A stretch of DNA of 64,000 nucleotides. Source: Amoebophrya sp. A120. Lineage: Eukaryota > Protista > Dinoflagellata. The translations under genes were made by a program, and so were the position numbers. This document shows, piece after piece, positions 59,829 through 64,000 of this stretch (positions are counted from its first letter, which is position 1; the number at the start of each line of letters is the position of its first letter). The stretch covers positions 8,881,170-8,945,169 of the forward strand of contig CAJINV010000001.1 in NCBI GenBank assembly GCA_905178155.1, given 5' to 3'. The notes beneath the pieces are model-generated. The model ran no database searches. It saw only the letters and a list, made by a program, of their open reading frames with translations, and was not told the DNA's origin.

Positions 59829-60884
59829 GTCAAAGTGCTTGGCAAGTTACCCGTGGAATCCTTTTTCCGTTTCTACGCGACCGAAATCGTGGAGGCGCTT
59901 GCGTTCCTGCACAGCCACGGCATCTTGCACCGCGATCTGAAGCTGGAGAACGTGTTACTTGACACCGCAGGGCACGCCAAAATTTGTGATTTTGGCTGCG
60001 CAAAGTTCTTTTTTCGCGACACGACTGCTAGTTTCAAGACTGTCGCGGCGGACCACTCGACCATGCAAGGAGACCAAGACGATCTGCCGGTGGGCCGCAC
60101 GCGCTCGGAAATGGTTGTGTCGCGGAAAAGTTTGATGCCCCCGGAGTACTTTGAAACAGGCGAGTATGGTGCGGAGCTGGACTCCTGGCAACTGGGACTC
60201 ATGTTTTACACCATGCTGGAAGGTCGTGGCTTGGACCTTTACGCACCGGAGCTGCAGCGCCCGCTCTCCGTCGCGACCGAGGCGCGGTCCCTAGTGAACG
60301 ACCTTCTGGCTCCGGAACACAAGGCCCGGCTTGGCTTTCCGACTGGCGCATCGCTGGTGCAGGCGCACGCGTTTTTTCAGACTGCACATCAAGGAGGTAC
60401 AACTACGATTGAACCGGCCCAGTTTTGGAAAGACGTACGGGACCGCACTTGGCGCGAGCCCCCCGACTTGGACACGGCAGCGATGGAACGGATCGCCAGT
60501 TGGCACTGCGACTGGGGCCGTGACAGCACCTTGGTGGACCCAAATGACGTGGACTTGCTCCCCGTGTCCCGCTTCTCCACCCGCCTGGGCTCGCTGCGCA
60601 TGCGCTCGATTTCCACCAGGCGCGACAGTTGCACGGCCGGCGCCAGGGATCCCTTGGGAGCGCTCGTGGCTCTCGGTTGCGAGTCATCGGACGAGGACCC
60701 CGATGAGGAACAATTGTTCGAAAACAAGAAGTTGCTGAAGAAGGAAAATACCACGGAGACAACAGCGCCAGCTTGCGCCACCTTCGATGCGCCAACGCTG
60801 CTGGAAAAGACTCCGGGCCAGCGTGAAACGGCCTGCTCGGTGGCGACGCACGTCTCGCCCGAGGGGAATAACAAAACGAATTGA
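59412..60884 (+). CDS. Ser/Thr protein kinase, AGC-like (490 aa)
   Basis: LGSGGFGTV, FAMKVIEK, EYCDGGEL, HRDLKLEN, DFG, PPE, DSWQLG, RLG...HAFF. Confidence 0.92.
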   Translation: MFKMSLEAASPAAANTCSSTATGSAEMSGGRAPAEHPRRREFRMVCTLGSGGFGTVKLVHARDNEAQCFAMKVIEKSHLLEAKLLDPKIKQRQQTERDVLVACADQRHPSIVQLLEAFQTNRKLYYVYEYCDGGELWDLVKVLGKLPVESFFRFYATEIVEALAFLHSHGILHRDLKLENVLLDTAGHAKICDFGCAKFFFRDTTASFKTVAADHSTMQGDQDDLPVGRTRSEMVVSRKSLMPPEYFETGEYGAELDSWQLGLMFYTMLEGRGLDLYAPELQRPLSVATEARSLVNDLLAPEHKARLGFPTGASLVQAHAFFQTAHQGGTTTIEPAQFWKDVRDRTWREPPDLDTAAMERIASWHCDWGRDSTLVDPNDVDLLPVSRFSTRLGSLRMRSISTRRDSCTAGARDPLGALVALGCESSDEDPDEEQLFENKKLLKKENTTETTAPACATFDAPTLLEKTPGQRETACSVATHVSPEGNNKTN

Positions 60885-62039
60885 TGGGAAGAAAGAGTGT
60901 AGTTGATGACTCGAGGTGTCAAAGATGTTTTTGTGCGAACCTAACAAAATATATCGCAAAACGATCAACAATAAAAAAGTGAATGAATGACACCAATAAA
61001 AAAGTGATTGAAAACATGTGATTCTCCAATTATTTATAGGAAACAAATAAGAACAAAAATTTCCCATGGGGCCGAGGTTTTTTGCAGGTCGGTGGGTCGC
61101 AAACCATACCCGGTAACATCGGGGGCGAAAATTATGGAAATACCTACTTCTATACGATAATCTCTGAATGGATCCAACAGATAACTCATCAGACACCACA
61201 ACAAAAAAACAGAATCCATCATCATTCTCAAATTATCTTCTTCTTCAATATTCCTTGGAAAAAAAAAATAAAGATCTTGAATCTTTGAAGAATCGAGGGA
61301 AAATATCATGGAATTTTGATTGATTCTTATTCATCTCGATCAATTTTGTTTTCTTTTTCTTATCTTTTTCTTTCATGTCGAGGTCCCAAAATATCTTTTA
61401 TGCAGATCAATCACCAATTTGCAAATTATCAAGAAAAAGATCCGAAATATAAAGTCATTATTAATTCTTCGAATTATTGGATTGATTGGATGGATAAAAA
61501 AAAATATGTCATTTTTCATTTCAAAAAACAAAGATAGAAATTTCTTTCGAGATATTCAGAAATATCTTCAATGAATTTTTGAATCTCTCTTGTTAATTTG
61601 TAAGATTCGAATCTTTATTAATTTGACATCATATTCGAGAACAGAAAGAAAGAAAATCATGATGGAATTCATTCTCACAAAAAAATTGATAGGAATGATT
61701 CTGATATCTTTATCTTTCGAGAGAATTCGATGATGATGAGAATGAACATGAAGACAGATAATCTCGGAGAAATCAGAATAAATCAGGGAGACAAACCCGG
61801 GCGACCTAATAGTCCTAATCGACGGACAAAAATTGGCTGAAAACTTTCCGAGCGCAGGAGCAAGACCAAAAAAGAACGCGCGAACAGACGAGACAAGGAA
61901 GGTGGACTCCAAGGCGAGGCCGTTTGGTGGGATGTGGGCCAAAAGAAAAGGAAGACCGCTCCTGTGGTCAACAGAATTTCCAAGAACAAAATGGAAAACC
62001 CAAAGAGCCAGACGGCGGATCCCAAACACGGCCATCCGA

Positions 62040-62550
62040 GGCCCCGACATTCTAATTGGACCCCTAAGTTGTCGGCTAACTTGAAATCCTTGACCCCCCC
62101 GGGGTCTTCTAAACTGCGACTGGAATCCAAAAGCCCCCCCTTTCTAACCCGTCTTCTAACCGTGTTCTAATTTTTCCACATGCGTTCTAATTTGTCGTCT
62201 AACCGTGTTCTAACTTGCATCCCAATTCACAAAACAGAGGCAAGAATTCCAATGGGATTTCCCTAATGCGAATAACATTAGGGAAATCCCATTGGAATTC
62301 CTTACCCATGCGGAATTAGGTGCCAGTTAGAACAGGTTAGGATGCAAATTAGACGCGGTTAGATGCATGGTTAGACGACCCACATTCAACGGTTCGAAAA
62401 AATTAGATCACGGTTAGAAATCCAGATTAGAAAAAACGGCGTGCCGTTTATCCTCATGTCTATCGCACAGTTAGACGACCCACGCCCAAACCCTTAGACG
62501 CAAGTTAGATGGCCCAAAGGCGGAAGACGGTCTTCCGCCTTTGGGTCATG
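62040..62550. repeat. Foldback array of TCTAA/TTAGA motifs around a perfect hairpin
   Basis: 25-bp perfect arms 62244-62268 / 62276-62300; second hairpin with 16-bp arms at 62513-62545. Confidence 0.85.
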
Positions 62551-63344
62551 TAACTCGCTGGCCCCAAACTCGAACACACAATGGAAATCGCCGGCAACCC
62601 CAGCGCCCGGCTTTGCCCCTAAAACCTGCCCGAATTTTTAAATTTTAAAACCTCGAAAGGGGCCGGGCGGAAGTCGGTGCCGGGGCAACAAAAAATCCGG
62701 CGCGCGGGGCACCACAGGACCCACGGCGCCGATGCAATTTAGCCACTTTTTACCAACGAATTAGGGCGGGAATTTCGCCCGGACCTGTCTGCCTGAGAAT
62801 AAATAGATAATTTGAGTCTTACCCAGATATGACAAGAAAGAAAAAAAGAAAGATTCCGATTCCCGAATATTCGATCGAATAATGATGAATCTTCTCAATG
62901 GAATCATGCTCATATTTGATTGCATCTGATTCTGATGGAAAAATCTATCAAGAATCTCTTATCGAAGAACATGTTGTTCGTGCCTCTTCATTGCGAGCGG
63001 GGGACATGGAGGAGCGTTTAGGAGGGTGTTGAGAAGCGACAAGAGCCGCAATGCCAAAGAGCCTGGCGGAACGGCTGCAAAAGACAACACATTTTTGACG
63101 CGCGTCTAGATTTAAACTAGGACTTTTGCCCCGCGGCGCCAGCCGCCCGCGGGGAACAATAAATGCAAAAATGACAAACATTTGCGCACAACTACATGGG
63201 AAGGAATGCAAAGATGAGCAGAGCGCAGCGGCGCCAAAGCGCGCCGGCAGAAGCGTGCTCCCTGTTACAGCTTGAGCAACTGTTAATTCCTTGGGCGCGT
63301 AAGTTGTTGGTATGGTGCTTGTATTTGGTGTTAGCAAAACCGAT

Positions 63345-64000
63345 TTCGTTGTGGCTTCCGGCGATTTCTCAAAATCGAATTCGTTGTGGCTTCCGGCGAT
63401 TTCTCAAAATCGAATTCGTTGTGGCTTCCGGCGATTTCTCAAAATGAACGAGGGCAACGATATCGCACTAAAAAAAGGCCCGAGAACGCGGGCTCGAGCC
63501 GATTTGCTCAGCCGCGCCCCCACCGGTCCGCGGCCGCGAACTCGGGCCTGGTTGGTTTCCGTTTCGTTGTTTGGGGGCCTTAACCCGCCGCCCTGAAACT
63601 GCGATTTTGCGGAAAACACGGCCCGCGTTTTCTGCGAAGTCGCAGATTCAGGTCGGCGGGTTAAGGCCCCCAAACAACGAAACGGAAACCAAACAGGCCC
63701 GAGATCGCGGTCTCGCGCCGATTTGGTCGCCCTCCCCAACCCAACCCGGCGCATGACCCAACCCCACGACTCCCCGACCCAGCTCGGGGTGCCACGAGCG
63801 TCCACCCACGGACGACCAAATCGGGCCGAGATCGCGATCTCGGGACGATTTGGTCAGCGGCCTCTCCAACCCGTCCATCCGCGACCGACCAAATCGGATG
63901 GAGGCCGACCAAATCGGCCCGAGATCGCGATCTCGGGACGATTTGGTCAGCGGCCTCTCCACCCCGTCCATCCGCGGCCGACCAAATCGGCCCGAGATCG
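63345..64000. repeat. Tandem and palindromic repeat block
   Basis: 3 x 35-bp unit (63345-63445); ~170-bp near-perfect palindrome (63534-63710); 93-bp-period repeats containing GACCAAATCG..GAGATCGCGATCTC..CGATTTGGTC (63814 to the end). Confidence 0.9.

Noticed and set aside
63345-63445. 35-bp repeats as a CRISPR array
   Set aside because: The units are directly adjacent with no spacers.
1-64000. An autonomous transposase or recombinase for the TIR elements
   Set aside because: No ORF with recognisable DDE, tyrosine-recombinase, RT or HUH motifs was found; the mobilising factor must lie elsewhere or be unrecognisable by eye.

Overview
Eukaryotic, intron-rich genomic DNA. Twelve protein-coding genes can be assembled, all on the + strand: ATP-grasp-like protein, Pumilio/Puf protein, DHHC palmitoyltransferase, multi-TM protein, secreted coiled-coil protein, kinesin-8, a Cys-rich unknown, an RNI-like LRR protein, a GT8 glycosyltransferase, a RING-vWA protein, a very large secreted/membrane protein and an AGC-like kinase. 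The one-directional gene cluster plus many non-canonical introns points (inference) to a dinoflagellate-lineage alveolate such as Amoebophrya (Syndiniales). The main signal is a set of about 12-13 short (170-410 nt) inserts inside coding sequence. Each starts TAT and carries terminal inverted repeats (TIRs); the intact copies end ATA and have perfect 5-nt target-site duplications (TSDs), while some decayed copies have lost these. They behave as introns, yet most cannot be removed with GT-AG ends; two of them split the kinesin P-loop region. They form a series from intact to decayed copies, share a TATC-N6-AAAAA end signature and mostly carry an internal GCATGA(C) motif. Also present: a hAT-like element (8-bp TSD) carrying a palindromic satellite inside a Pumilio intron; a complex 1.9-kb templated insertion holding a copy of a gene 5' end from 18 kb away; several GC-rich islands of perfect palindromes; and a 1-kb duplication around a single N that is probably an assembly artefact. 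Exon structures and repeat matches were worked out by eye and need RNA-seq confirmation.
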